Below, in pieces: positions 52,678 through 61,867 of a stretch of 64,000 nt of DNA (position 1 is its first letter; every line of letters starts with the position of its first letter). The stretch comes from Azospirillum agricola (lineage in GTDB: Bacteria > Pseudomonadota > Alphaproteobacteria > Azospirillales > Azospirillaceae). The notes under the pieces were generated by a model. The model searched no databases. It saw only the letters and a list, made by a program, of their open reading frames with translations, and had not been told where the DNA came from. The stretch covers positions 63,491-127,490 of the forward strand of contig NZ_JAGINM010000003.1 of the NCBI RefSeq assembly GCF_017876095.1, written 5' to 3'. Position numbers and translations under genes: made by a program.

Positions 52678-53552
52678 CGCAGCCCCCTTGCCGTGCTGAA
52701 CAGGCCGTTGGGGCGCCACAGCAGGACCGCGATGATCATCGCGTAGCCGATCGCCTCCATGAAGCCGAGGGAAATGTAGCCGCCGCCCAGCGATTCGATG
52801 ACGCCGAGCAGCAGGCCGGCGAACAGCGCGCCGGTGACGCTGCCGAGCCCGCCCATGATCACCACGATGAAGCCCTTCAGCACCGCCCAGTTGCCGATGG
52901 TCGGGAAGATCATCACGGTCGGGCCGACCAGCGCGCCGGAAAGGGCGGCGAGGCCGCAGGCAAGCGCGAAGGTGTAGCTGTGGACCAGCCCGATGTTGAT
53001 GCCGGTCAGGGCGGCGCCGTCGGGATTCTGCGCGGTCGCCCGCATCATCTTGCCGAAGCGCGAGTAGCGGATGAACAGATAGACCGCCACCAGCACTGCG
53101 ACGGCGGCGCCGAACACCAGCACGCGCTGCTGGGTCAGGGTGACGGTGCCGATGTCGAGCACCTCGTCGGCGAAGGGGCTCTCGACGTATTTCGGGTCGG
53201 CGCCGAACAGCAGCTCGCCGCTGTTGGCGATCAGCAGGGCGAGGCCCAGGCTGGAAAGCAGGATGGTGAACTCGTGGTCGCGGCGCAGCGGCCAGAAGAT
53301 CAGCTTGTTGGCGGCGACGCCGAGCGCCGCCACCACCACGGCGCCGAGCAGGGCGGCGGTGATGTAGTCCAGCCCCAACAGGGTTCCGGCAAAGTAGGTG
53401 AGGTAGGCGCCGAGCATGTAGAACTCGCCATGGGCGAAGTTCACGATGCGCAGCACTCCGAAGACCAGCGTCAGCCCGGTGGCGATGAGCACATAGGCCA
53501 TCCCGTTGACCAAGCCGTTCGCGATCTGCTGGGCGAAGACGGTGACATCCAT
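52674..53552 (-). CDS. livH: Branched-chain amino acid ABC transporter permease (LivH family)
   Basis: 292 aa, MDVTVFAQQIANGLVNGMAYVLIATGLTLVFGV..., typical LivH. Confidence 0.9.
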   Translation of the reverse strand: MDVTVFAQQIANGLVNGMAYVLIATGLTLVFGVLRIVNFAHGEFYMLGAYLTYFAGTLLGLDYITAALLGAVVVAALGVAANKLIFWPLRRDHEFTILLSSLGLALLIANSGELLFGADPKYVESPFADEVLDIGTVTLTQQRVLVFGAAVAVLVAVYLFIRYSRFGKMMRATAQNPDGAALTGINIGLVHSYTFALACGLAALSGALVGPTVMIFPTIGNWAVLKGFIVVIMGGLGSVTGALFAGLLLGVIESLGGGYISLGFMEAIGYAMIIAVLLWRPNGLFSTARGLR

Positions 53553-53602
53553 GGAGGTGGGAACCTTCCCTTGTCGGGGTGCCGGAGGGACGGAGCGAGA
53601 AG

Positions 53603-53756
53603 CCCTCTCCCGCCCCGGGAGAGGGAGGGGACCCGCCGCGCAGCGGTGGGGAGGGTGAGGGGCTATCGGGGCATGGATTGAAGCCGCACGCCCGATCGCC
53701 CCTCACCCTTCCCATGCTCCGCATGGGCCCCTTCCCTCTCCCGGGGCGGGAGAGGG
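53603..53756. repeat. Composite REP-like palindromic element, copy 1: [CCCTCTCCCgccccGGGAGAGGG] - [GGGGAGGGTGAGGGG...CCCCTCACCC stem] - [CCCTCTCCCggggcGGGAGAGGG]
   Basis: Perfect 9-bp-arm palindromes at 53603-53625 and 53734-53756 flank a larger stem (53648-53662 pairs with 53699-53713). The same three-part element recurs at 59328-59479. Confidence 0.7.
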
Positions 53757-53774
53757 AGACGGCACGGCCGGTCG

Positions 53775-54905
53775 TCAGTCGCGGACGGCGACGATCTGCT
53801 TGCTCTTGACCTGGACGAGGTGGATCGGCTGGGTCGCCTGGCCCTGGTCGGAGAAGCGGACGTTGCCGAGCACGGTCGGGATCTCGTTCGCCTTCAGATA
53901 GGCGGCGATCTTGTCGTAGGCGCGCGGATCGCCGCCGGTGCCGGCGATGCCGGCCGCGATGACCTCGACGCCTTGCGCGCCGAGCGCCGCGATGAAGGAG
54001 GGCTCGTTCTTGTAGGACTTGCGGTATTCCGCCAGCCACGGCTTCATCGAGGGCTGGCCGTTGTCCTCGACGAAGGGCGAGGCCGAATAGACGCTCTCCA
54101 GCGAGTTGCCCGACAGCTCGACCAGCTTCGGGTTCATGTTGCCGGCCGAGGCGATGACCTTGCCGCGGAAGCCGGTCTGCCGGACCTGCCGGTAGATGGT
54201 GGCGCCCTGCGAGGTGTTGATCGCCGCCACATAGATGGCGTCCGGGTTCATCGCCTTCAGCTTGGTCAGCGCGGTGGTGAAGTCCGTGTCGGTGCGGTTG
54301 TAGAACTCGTGGCCCTTCACCTCGATGCCGCACGCGCCGAGCAGCTTGGTGTAGTTCTCAAGCTCCAGCCGTCCCCAGTCGTCGTTGACGTTCATGAAGG
54401 CGACCGACTTCGGCTTGATCTGGTTGCAGATCGCCTTGGAGTAGAAGCTGGACATCATCGCCGATGTGGCGTTGAGGCGGAACAGGTACTTGTGGCCTTC
54501 TTCCGTCACCTTGGGGTGCTGCGAGCTGGTCATCACGGTGATGATCTTGTCGCGCGTGACCTCCTTCATCGACAGCGCCACGGCGCTGAACCAGCCGCCG
54601 ATGATGAAGTCGACGTTGTCCTGCTCGATGGCGCGCTTGGCGGCGCTGACGCCGTCCTCGGGCGAGCCCTTGTCGTCGTAGGTGACCAGCTCCAGCTTGC
54701 GGCCGGCGACGCCACCCTTGGCGTTGAGGATGGACACCGCCGCCTGGGCGCCCTCCAGGCCGAGCTGGCCCTCGAAGGCGCCGGTGCCGCTCATCGGCCC
54801 GATGAGGGCGATGCGCACCGGCGGCTGCTGGGCCTGGGCGCCGGCCAGGGGAGCGAACAGGGCGAGGGCGGCCGCCGCCGCAATGAGATCGCGCCTTCCG
54901 AGCAT
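53775..54905 (-). CDS. livK: Branched-chain amino acid ABC transporter substrate-binding protein (LivJ/LivK family)
   Basis: Start at the internal ATG with a GGAGG SD (MLGRRDLIAAAAALALFAPLAGAQA signal peptide); periplasmic-binding-protein type I fold sequence. Confidence 0.85.
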   Translation of the reverse strand: MLGRRDLIAAAAALALFAPLAGAQAQQPPVRIALIGPMSGTGAFEGQLGLEGAQAAVSILNAKGGVAGRKLELVTYDDKGSPEDGVSAAKRAIEQDNVDFIIGGWFSAVALSMKEVTRDKIITVMTSSQHPKVTEEGHKYLFRLNATSAMMSSFYSKAICNQIKPKSVAFMNVNDDWGRLELENYTKLLGACGIEVKGHEFYNRTDTDFTTALTKLKAMNPDAIYVAAINTSQGATIYRQVRQTGFRGKVIASAGNMNPKLVELSGNSLESVYSASPFVEDNGQPSMKPWLAEYRKSYKNEPSFIAALGAQGVEVIAAGIAGTGGDPRAYDKIAAYLKANEIPTVLGNVRFSDQGQATQPIHLVQVKSKQIVAVRD

Positions 54906-54964
54906 GGTTTCCTCCGTTGATTGTCGCTTTGTTGAGTCGGGCCAGTGGGATGAGGCCGGCGCGT

Positions 54965-55828
54965 TCAGGCGCTCTTGAGATACTTCTTCTGCAGCTCTTC
55001 GATTTCCGGGAAGCCGATGAAGTCGATGAAGCTGTTGTGGTCGGTGACCGGGCGCGGCAGATCCTTCGTCGAACGCCGCTGCGCCAGAGCCGCCAGATTC
55101 TCCTTCAGCGCGGAGGCCACCGTCATCAGCGGCACCAGCGCGTAGGTCGCCATGCCGGCGACCTCCTCGACCTCGGCCGGCGACAGGTCCTTTTCCAGCC
55201 AGCCCAGCAGTTGGAGGGACAGCGGCACGCCGACCGCCTCGCGCATCGCGCGCAGCCCGTCGATTGAGCTGAAGCATTTGCTGATCGGCTGGATCATGTC
55301 GGCGCCGGCCTCGGCATAGGCGCGGCCGCGCTTCATCGCCTCGGCCGGATCGACGGCGTCGGTGCGGGCGACGATCAGCATGTTGGGATCCCGGCGGGCG
55401 GCGACGGCGGCCTGGATCTTGGCCACGCCCTCCTCCAGCGGGATCACCTCGACGCCGCCGACGCAGATCGGGCAGCGCTTGGGCGCCACCTGATCCTCCA
55501 TGATGACGGCGGAGACGCCGGCCGCCTCGAACTCGCGGATCGTGCGCATCACGTTGATGGCGTTGCCGTAGCCGGTGTCGATGTCGGCGATGACCGGCAG
55601 CTTGACCGCCGAGACGACGTTGCGCACCACCGTCAGGTTTTCCGACATGGTGTAGAGCTCGGCGTCCGGCTGGCCGAGGAAGGAGGCGGAGACGCCGAAG
55701 CCCGAGGTCATCAGGGCGTCGAAGCCGGCCTGCTCGATGAAGCGGGCCGACAGCGCGTCGTAGGCGCCGGCCGACCAGACGGTCTTCCGCGCGAGAACGC
55801 GGTTGCGGAACTCAGGCCCCCTGGACAT
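54965..55828 (-). CDS. Isocitrate lyase/PEP mutase-family enzyme (methylisocitrate lyase/carboxyvinyl-carboxyphosphonate phosphorylmutase-like)
   Basis: 287 aa; motifs ...VIADIDTGYGNAINV... and KRCPICVGG...ARTDA characteristic of the ICL/PEPM superfamily. Confidence 0.8.
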   Translation of the reverse strand: MSRGPEFRNRVLARKTVWSAGAYDALSARFIEQAGFDALMTSGFGVSASFLGQPDAELYTMSENLTVVRNVVSAVKLPVIADIDTGYGNAINVMRTIREFEAAGVSAVIMEDQVAPKRCPICVGGVEVIPLEEGVAKIQAAVAARRDPNMLIVARTDAVDPAEAMKRGRAYAEAGADMIQPISKCFSSIDGLRAMREAVGVPLSLQLLGWLEKDLSPAEVEEVAGMATYALVPLMTVASALKENLAALAQRRSTKDLPRPVTDHNSFIDFIGFPEIEELQKKYLKSA

Positions 55829-56360
55829 GCTCGCTTCCTTTCCGTTCGCGTTGTTCAGCAGCTTGGCGTTTCAGGTAGGGGACGAGGCCGCCGGCCTCGA
55901 TCATCTCGGCGTCCGACTGCGGCGGCGGCTCGAAGGCGATCGTCGTCCCCTGGGTGACGTTGCGGATGGTGTGGGTGGTCCAATCCACCTCCAGCTCGTC
56001 CCAGCGTTGGACGAAGCCGAGGATTCCGGGGCAGCTCACCTGCGGGAAGCCCATGCTGATCTCGCCGCGCCAGTAGCCGGGCGAGAAGGATTCCGCGATC
56101 ACCCCGGCGATGCCGAGATGGCGCATCGCCTTCATCGGCGGGTAGTGCGGGTGGCCGTAGCCGAAGTTGCCGGCCCCGACCAGCAGGTCGCCGGGCTTCA
56201 CCTTGGCGGCGAAATCCGGGTCGTAGGGCTGCATGGCGAGCTTCGCCAGCTCCTCCACGTCGGTGATCTTGATGTTCTTGACGCCGACGATCTGGTCGAC
56301 GTCGAAATTGACCTCGTCGAAGATGTAGGCGACGCGGCCGCGCAGGGGGGTCAGCGCCAT
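55812..56360 (-). CDS. LeuD-like small subunit of an aconitase-family hydro-lyase
   Basis: 182 aa from the internal ATG (MALTPLRGRVAYIFDEVNFDVDQIV...GAGNFGYGHP...). The N-terminal extension of the tracked ORF overlaps the upstream gene in another frame. Confidence 0.75.
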   Translation of the reverse strand: MALTPLRGRVAYIFDEVNFDVDQIVGVKNIKITDVEELAKLAMQPYDPDFAAKVKPGDLLVGAGNFGYGHPHYPPMKAMRHLGIAGVIAESFSPGYWRGEISMGFPQVSCPGILGFVQRWDELEVDWTTHTIRNVTQGTTIAFEPPPQSDAEMIEAGGLVPYLKRQAAEQRERKGSEHVQGA

Positions 56361-56368
56361 GGCGGGCC

Positions 56369-57625
56369 TCACAGGTAGGGGCGCGGATCGGCGATCCGGC
56401 CCTCGATGGCGGAGGCCGCGACGACGGCGGCGTTGCACAGGTAGATCTCCGAATCCGGGCTGCCCATGCGGCCGCGCACGTTCAGCGTCCCGGTGGACAC
56501 CGCGCGCTGGTTGGCGGTCATCGTCGCGATGCGGCCGAAGCAATAGTCGCAGCTCGGCGAGGAGACGAAGGCGCCGGCCTCCACCAGGGTGGAGATCAGC
56601 CCCTCGCGCGCCGCCGCCGCCATCAGCTCCTGGCTGGTCGGGATGATGTGCAGCGAGACGCCGCCCTTCACCTGACGGCCGCCGAGGATCCTGGCCGCGA
56701 CGCGCATGTCCTCCAGCCGGCCGGACGCGCAGGAGCCGAGATAGCCGGCCTGGATGTCGAGCCCGAGGAAGTCGGTCAGGTCGCGGGTGTCGGCCGGGGT
56801 CGGCGGCACCACGACGATCGGCTCCAGCGCCGACAGATCAACCTCGTGCACCGCCGAGTACTCGGCGTCCGGGTCGCTCGACACCGGGTCGAGCCTCTTG
56901 CGCGCGCGCGGCAGGGCGTAATCGAGCCGCACCGGGTCGGGGTTGACGATGGCGGTCAGCGCCCCGGTGAACATCGCCAGACCGGTGATGGTCTGGAGAC
57001 CTTCCGTGCTCATCGCCGCCGCCGCCGGCCCGCCGATTTCCAGAACCTGGAAGCGGCAGGAGCTGGGGCCGAGCACGCGGACCAGATGGTGAAACACGTC
57101 GCGCGCCATGACGCCGGGCCGCAAAGACCCGTGCAGGTTCACCCGCACGGTGTGCGGCACGCGCAGCGACACGGTGTCGCTGACGAAGGCCTCCAGCACG
57201 TTGCGGCGCAGCCCGATGGCGAGCGTGCCGAAGGTGCCCAACTGGCTGACATGGCCATCGAAATGGACGGCGAAGGCGCCGGGCGTCGCGTAGCCGACCT
57301 CGCAGGCGACCTGATGGCCGATGCCGCGCCGCTCGAACAGCGGCACATTGTTCTCCGCGCACCAAGTGCGGGTGTTGATGTGCAGCTCCTCTTCCTTGGC
57401 GGTGGCGGTCGGCACCATGTGGTCGATGAATATGCCGAAGCGCTCCGGCTCGGCGACCCGCTCGATGCCGAAATCCTCCTTCATGGTCTTGAAGTAGACG
57501 TCGGTGTAGCCGGGGAAGTCGTAGGCGAGGACGAAGTCCGGCTTCGCCTTGATGTCCTGGCCGGCGCGGACGGCGGGCAGTCCCGCCGCGCGCGCCAGGA
57601 TCTTCTCGGTGATGGTGTAGCCCAT
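56369..57625 (-). CDS. LeuC-like large subunit of an aconitase-family hydro-lyase (3-isopropylmalate dehydratase/homoaconitase-like)
   Basis: 418 aa; aconitase-family Cys ligand regions (GSCASGRLED, SPSCDYCFG). Confidence 0.8.
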   Translation of the reverse strand: MGYTITEKILARAAGLPAVRAGQDIKAKPDFVLAYDFPGYTDVYFKTMKEDFGIERVAEPERFGIFIDHMVPTATAKEEELHINTRTWCAENNVPLFERRGIGHQVACEVGYATPGAFAVHFDGHVSQLGTFGTLAIGLRRNVLEAFVSDTVSLRVPHTVRVNLHGSLRPGVMARDVFHHLVRVLGPSSCRFQVLEIGGPAAAAMSTEGLQTITGLAMFTGALTAIVNPDPVRLDYALPRARKRLDPVSSDPDAEYSAVHEVDLSALEPIVVVPPTPADTRDLTDFLGLDIQAGYLGSCASGRLEDMRVAARILGGRQVKGGVSLHIIPTSQELMAAAAREGLISTLVEAGAFVSSPSCDYCFGRIATMTANQRAVSTGTLNVRGRMGSPDSEIYLCNAAVVAASAIEGRIADPRPYL

Positions 57626-57650
57626 GGCGGCGGTCTCCGTTCCGGTGCGC

Positions 57651-59249
57651 TCAGTCGAGGCCGAGTGCGCCGGGGTTCATCAGGCCCTGCGGGTCGACGG
57701 CGCGCTTGACGCCGTCGAGCAGCGCCCAGGTCTCGGGCGAAAGGATCTCGCGGAAGGGGTAGTCGCGGGCGACCTGCCAGCTGATGCCGCCAAGCCCGGC
57801 GTAGAGTTCCTGGGTGGCGCGGCGCAGTTCCGCCACCGCCTGCCGGGTCGCCGGGTTCGCCTTGCGGTCGCGCCAGGGGCGCACCACCTCCTCGCCCAGG
57901 CTGGCGGCGTGCAGCGGGGTGATCTCGTCGTCCCAGTAGAAGGCCGGCTCCAGGAAGAAATCGTTGCCGACCGTCATCGTCATCACCGAATAGATGATGC
58001 CGTGCGTCTCCATGAAGGCGCGCTTCTCCGCGAAGAAGGCGTCGTTCGCCTCGATCACCTTGGCGGCGTCGCCGAGCGGAAAGACGGCGTGGATGGGAAC
58101 CCAGCGCTGGCCGTCGCGCCCCAGCATGCCGCGCACCGGCCCGAAGGGCTTGGAGCGCATCACCTTGGGGACGCTGTTCTCGATCTCGCTGCCATGGCGC
58201 TTGCCGATGGCGCGCAGCGTGTCCAGCGAATGGCGCAGCTCGCCGTCGGTGCGCCCCTCCACCACCAGATGGAGGGTGAAGTTGTGGGCCTTGAGGAAGG
58301 CGGTGCCGGCGGTCGCCACGCCGAGCGCGTCCTTGGCACCCTGGAGCAGCGACTTGCCGCCCATGGCGAGGTTGCCGAGAGTCTTCAGCCCGTCCGACAG
58401 CTTGTTGACGCTGGCCGAATGCTCGATCTTGGTGCGGTCGATGCCGAAGCCTTCCGAGACGCAGCGCGAGCGCGCCATCTCGACCTGGGCCGCGGCCATC
58501 GCCTGCATGGTCTGGAAGCCGAAGGACAGGAAGTCCACCTTCTCCGGGCGCGGGTAGAGGCGCAGCGTCGCCGCGACCTTCAGCCCCATCGCCCCGTTGT
58601 CGCCGAGGAAGATGCCGGTCAGGTCGGGCCCGCCGAAGCGGTTGAAGGGCTTGGCGCCGACGCGGCCGCCCGATCCGGTGGTGACCTTGCGGCCGTCGGC
58701 CAGCACCACGGTGACGCCGAGCACCGTCTCCGCCACCGTGCCGTGGACCCCGGAGCCGAAGAAGGCGCTGTTCTGCGACAGGGCGCCGCCGATGGTGGCG
58801 TTGATGCCCGACAGCGGCCCCCAATAGCCCGTGCGCAGGCCGGTGCCCTCCAGCGCCTCGTTCAGCGCCGCCCAGGTGCAGCCGGTCTCGACCGTGACGT
58901 ATTGGTCGGCGGTGTTCAGCTCGACGACGCGGTTCAGCTTGCGGCCGTCGACGACGATCGAGTTCGGGTGCTTGGGCAGGTAGCCCTTGGTGTAGGACAT
59001 CCCGCCGCCGCGCGGCACGATGGCGACGCCGGCCTTGGCGGCGGCGGCCACGGCGGCGGCGGCCTCGTCGGCCGTGCGCGGCAGGACGATGGCGAGCGGG
59101 GCGACGCCCGGCTGCCAGAAGACGTCGTTGGCGTAGAAGCTGCGGCTCTTCTCGTCGTCCAGCACGGCCTCGGCGCCAAGGGCGGCGCGCAGGTCGTCAA
59201 GCAGGGTGGCCGGCAGGGTGGCCGAGCCTTCGAGGGCGGCGATGCTCAT
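57651..59249 (-). CDS. FAD-binding oxidase (vanillyl-alcohol oxidase/D-lactate dehydrogenase family)
   Basis: 532 aa; FAD_binding_4 (VAIVPRGGGMSYTKG) plus a C-terminal oxidase domain. Confidence 0.8.
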   Translation of the reverse strand: MSIAALEGSATLPATLLDDLRAALGAEAVLDDEKSRSFYANDVFWQPGVAPLAIVLPRTADEAAAAVAAAAKAGVAIVPRGGGMSYTKGYLPKHPNSIVVDGRKLNRVVELNTADQYVTVETGCTWAALNEALEGTGLRTGYWGPLSGINATIGGALSQNSAFFGSGVHGTVAETVLGVTVVLADGRKVTTGSGGRVGAKPFNRFGGPDLTGIFLGDNGAMGLKVAATLRLYPRPEKVDFLSFGFQTMQAMAAAQVEMARSRCVSEGFGIDRTKIEHSASVNKLSDGLKTLGNLAMGGKSLLQGAKDALGVATAGTAFLKAHNFTLHLVVEGRTDGELRHSLDTLRAIGKRHGSEIENSVPKVMRSKPFGPVRGMLGRDGQRWVPIHAVFPLGDAAKVIEANDAFFAEKRAFMETHGIIYSVMTMTVGNDFFLEPAFYWDDEITPLHAASLGEEVVRPWRDRKANPATRQAVAELRRATQELYAGLGGISWQVARDYPFREILSPETWALLDGVKRAVDPQGLMNPGALGLD

Positions 59250-59327
59250 CGAAATGTGCCTCTGCGTCAGAGTGTCGAAAAACTCGGGTCGTTGGATCAG
59301 CGTGATGACGTGGCGGTGGCAACTTGG

Positions 59328-59479
59328 CCCTCTCCCCCCGGGGAGAGGGTTGGGTGAGGGGGAGGCATCGCGTGCCGCAAACCGGAAGCTGTGGCTGAGT
59401 CGGTCTTTTTCCGCCCTTCCGGCCGTAACGCCCCCTCACCGGGGCCTGCGGCCCCACCCTCTCCCCGGGGAGGAGAGGG
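59328..59479. repeat. Composite REP-like palindromic element, copy 2 (same architecture and orientation as 53603-53756)
   Basis: CCCTCTCCCCccGGGGAGAGGG (59328-59349); GGGTGAGGGGGAGG (59352-59365) pairs with CCCCCTCACC (59431-59440); CCCTCTCCCCGGGGAGGAGAGGG (59457-59479). Confidence 0.7.
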
Positions 59480-59498
59480 TTAAGTTTGCGGACAGCGC

Positions 59499-60422
59499 TC
59501 ACACCGTCCCGTTCAGCGGCTCGAAGCGGAAATCCTCGCCGCGGCGGCGCACGAAGCCGGTGTGCGGCGCGCCGAAATGGGCGGGGAAGACCAGCGCCTC
59601 GCGGTCGGCCGCGAAGTCCAGCAGGCGGCGGCGCGTCGCCACCGCTTCCGTCTGGTCCTCGCAGAAGCGGCTGTTCCAGTTCGGCCGGGTGATCTGCATC
59701 GGCTGGTGCAGGCAGTCGCCGGTGAAGACCGCGGCGTGGCGGTCGGACTCCAATTTGACGAAGAGTTGCCCCGGCGTGTGGCCCGGTGCCAGCTCGACCT
59801 CCAGCCCGTCGAGGATGCGGTCGCCGCTCTCGATCAGCTCGACCTGTCCCGCCTCCCACACCGGCATCACGCTGTCCTCCATCACCGGGCCGTTGCCCGG
59901 CATGGTGACGAGGCCGCCGGTTGGCGAGCGCCAGTGCGCGAACTCCTTGGCGCCGTAGATGTAGCGGGCGTTGGGGAAGGTCGGCACCCAGCGGCCGTCG
60001 ACCCACTGCGTGTTCCAGCCGACATGGTCGATGTGCAGGTGGGTGTTGATGACCAGCGTCACCTCCTCGGGGTGCACGCCGGCCTCCTTGAGGCGCTGGA
60101 GGTAGGGCTTGTCGAGCATGTGGAAGCGCTCGAAGCCCGGCGTGTCGCGGTGCTTGCCGTTGCCGCAGCCGGTGTCGATCAGGATGACGTGGTCGGCGGT
60201 GCGGATGAGCCAGGAATGCATGCTCGACATCAGGCGGCGCGACGCCGGGTCGAGGAAGTTCGGGGCTGCGAGATCGGGATCCGCCTCGAAGATGGCCTCC
60301 TCATAGGCCGGGAACAGGAAGGCCGGATCGAAGCCCGGCGTCAGCATCTCCTCGATCCGCGTGACCGTGAAGGCGCCCAGCGAAATGGTGTGGGGGGTCT
60401 GGGTGTGGGCGATGGTGGTCAT
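59499..60422 (-). CDS. MBL-fold metallo-hydrolase
   Basis: HxHxDH motif (NTHLHIDHVGW) plus downstream His/Asp ligands. Start at the ATG (MTTIAHTQ...) preceded by AGGAGG; the tracked ORF begins 16 codons earlier. Confidence 0.8.
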   Translation of the reverse strand: MTTIAHTQTPHTISLGAFTVTRIEEMLTPGFDPAFLFPAYEEAIFEADPDLAAPNFLDPASRRLMSSMHSWLIRTADHVILIDTGCGNGKHRDTPGFERFHMLDKPYLQRLKEAGVHPEEVTLVINTHLHIDHVGWNTQWVDGRWVPTFPNARYIYGAKEFAHWRSPTGGLVTMPGNGPVMEDSVMPVWEAGQVELIESGDRILDGLEVELAPGHTPGQLFVKLESDRHAAVFTGDCLHQPMQITRPNWNSRFCEDQTEAVATRRRLLDFAADREALVFPAHFGAPHTGFVRRRGEDFRFEPLNGTV

Positions 60423-60632
60423 CCGCCTCCCCTCCTGCCGTTTGTTCTGTTTGTTCGCAAAGGAAACCATTTGCCATGAAGAGTGTCAACAGGCAAATAT
60501 GGTATCACTCTGCAACACCGATGAGCGGAACCGACATTGGGCTTGCACAACGGGGCGCGACGAACGAATGCTACCGGAACGGGATGAAACCGACCGGTTC
60601 GGGACCCGGCGGCTCGCCATCCACGAGAGGTT
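60423..60632. promoter_or_regulatory. Divergent promoter region between the catabolic operon (MBL hydrolase first gene) and the IclR regulator, with short inverted repeats (GCAAA-N8-TTTGC at 60457-60474; ATTTGCC...GGCAAAT)
   Basis: Lower GC than the flanks; repeats seen directly. Such a region is a plausible site for IclR-family operators. Confidence 0.4.
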
Positions 60633-61523
60633 TTGCGTATGGACAAGGATCAGGACGACACCCAGGGCGCCGAGCAGGCCACGGAACAGGGGGCGGAGCA
60701 GGGGACGGAAAAGAACGGGCTGAGCGTCCGCGCCGTGTCCCGCGCGCTCGCCGTGCTGCGCAGCTTCTACCAGGAGGGGCCGTCGCTCTCGCTGACCGAG
60801 GTCGCGGGGGCGGCGAAGCTCGACAAGGGCACGGCGCGGCGCATCCTGCTGACGCTGGTGCAGGACGGCTTCGCGGTGTTCGACGCGCAGACTCAGAAAT
60901 ACAGCCTCGGGCTGGAGATCCTGAAGCTGGCCGGGGTGGTGCCGGAGCGGCGCGATCTGCGGCAGATCGCCGCCACCGTGCTGTCGCGGCTGGCCAAGGC
61001 CACCGGCAGCACGGTCTTCCTGTCGGTCTATCACGACGGCGCCGCCATCTGCCTCGACCAGTTCCACAGCGACCGCTCGGTCGAGGTGCGCTGGTGGATC
61101 GTCGGCGGGCAGCTGCCGATGAACTGCGGCGCCGCCCCGCGCGTGCTGCTCGCCTATCTGGAGCAGGAGGAGGTGGCGCGGGTGCTGGCGCGCGGCACCA
61201 CCCGCCTGACGCCCTACACCACCACCGACCCGGCCGTGCTGCTGGAAGAGCTGGAGACGGTGCGGCAACGCGGCTGGGCGGTGGCGGTGGACGACGTCTA
61301 CGAGGGCCTGTCGGCCATCGCCATGCCGGTCTTCGACCCCGACGGCGCGCTGGTCGCCTCGGTGAGCCTGACCGGCCTGACGCCGCACATCATCCGCAAC
61401 GGCCAGCCGGCCTTCCTGGAGGAACTGCGCGGCGCGGTGCGCGACATCTCGGCCAACCTCTACCCTGGTCGGGTGCCGCCCCTGCACCGGGCGGCGCGGG
61501 CGCAGTCGGCGCTCGGCGATTGA
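60633..61523 (+). CDS. IclR-family transcriptional regulator
   Basis: N-terminal wHTH (SVRAVSRALAVLRSF...SLSLTEVAGAAKLDKGTARRILLTLVQDGF) and a C-terminal IclR effector domain (GWAVAVDDVYEGLSAIAMPVFD). Confidence 0.85.
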   Translation: MRMDKDQDDTQGAEQATEQGAEQGTEKNGLSVRAVSRALAVLRSFYQEGPSLSLTEVAGAAKLDKGTARRILLTLVQDGFAVFDAQTQKYSLGLEILKLAGVVPERRDLRQIAATVLSRLAKATGSTVFLSVYHDGAAICLDQFHSDRSVEVRWWIVGGQLPMNCGAAPRVLLAYLEQEEVARVLARGTTRLTPYTTTDPAVLLEELETVRQRGWAVAVDDVYEGLSAIAMPVFDPDGALVASVSLTGLTPHIIRNGQPAFLEELRGAVRDISANLYPGRVPPLHRAARAQSALGD

Positions 61524-61532
61524 GACGGCAAC

Positions 61533-61558
61533 GGCCGGAGCGATCGCTCGCTCCGGCC
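61533..61558. terminator. Perfect GC-rich hairpin GGCCGGAGCGA-tcg-CTCGCTCCGGCC 10 nt after the iclR stop (convergent with the small minus-strand genes)
   Basis: 11-bp perfect stem seen directly; no U-tract, which is common for high-GC alphaproteobacteria. Confidence 0.45.
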
Positions 61559-61661
61559 GTCGTATCGCTGCGCGACACTGATTTCGGTGAATGGACTTTG
61601 GCCGCTCCGGCCACGCTCCCGGCCCTTTACCGTCCGGCGGGCGAGGGGCGAAGGGTTTCCG

Positions 61662-61859
61662 TCAGCTCTTGGTCCGGGGATCGTGGGTGTGGTGGATGTC
61701 GCGCTCCCCGCCGCCGCCGGAGATGTGGCTGCGCTCGGTGTTGGTCGGCTCGCCGGGGCGGGGGTGCTTCTCGGCGGGGGGCTGCGGCTTGTCGGCGTTC
61801 TGCTGGCTGCTGCCGGGGCCGCCGTGATGGCGGTCGGTCGCCTCGTGTCGCTTCGTCAT
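61662..61859 (-). CDS. Small hydrophilic protein (65 aa, MTKRHEATDRHHGGPGSSQQ...GGGGERDIHHTHDPRTKS), unknown function
   Basis: Internal ATG of the tracked ORF 61662..62144; about 95% GC3; low-complexity and probably disordered; starts with the same MTK as the adjacent upstream small gene. Confidence 0.3.
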   Translation of the reverse strand: MTKRHEATDRHHGGPGSSQQNADKPQPPAEKHPRPGEPTNTERSHISGGGGERDIHHTHDPRTKS

Positions 61860-61867
61860 GATGGCTC

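Noticed and set aside
53579-53809. 76-aa ORF (and similar small ORFs at 59206..59958, 59486..59692) in operon gaps
   Set aside because: They are translations of the palindromic REP-like elements (PLTLPMLRMGPFPLPGRERE...), not genes.
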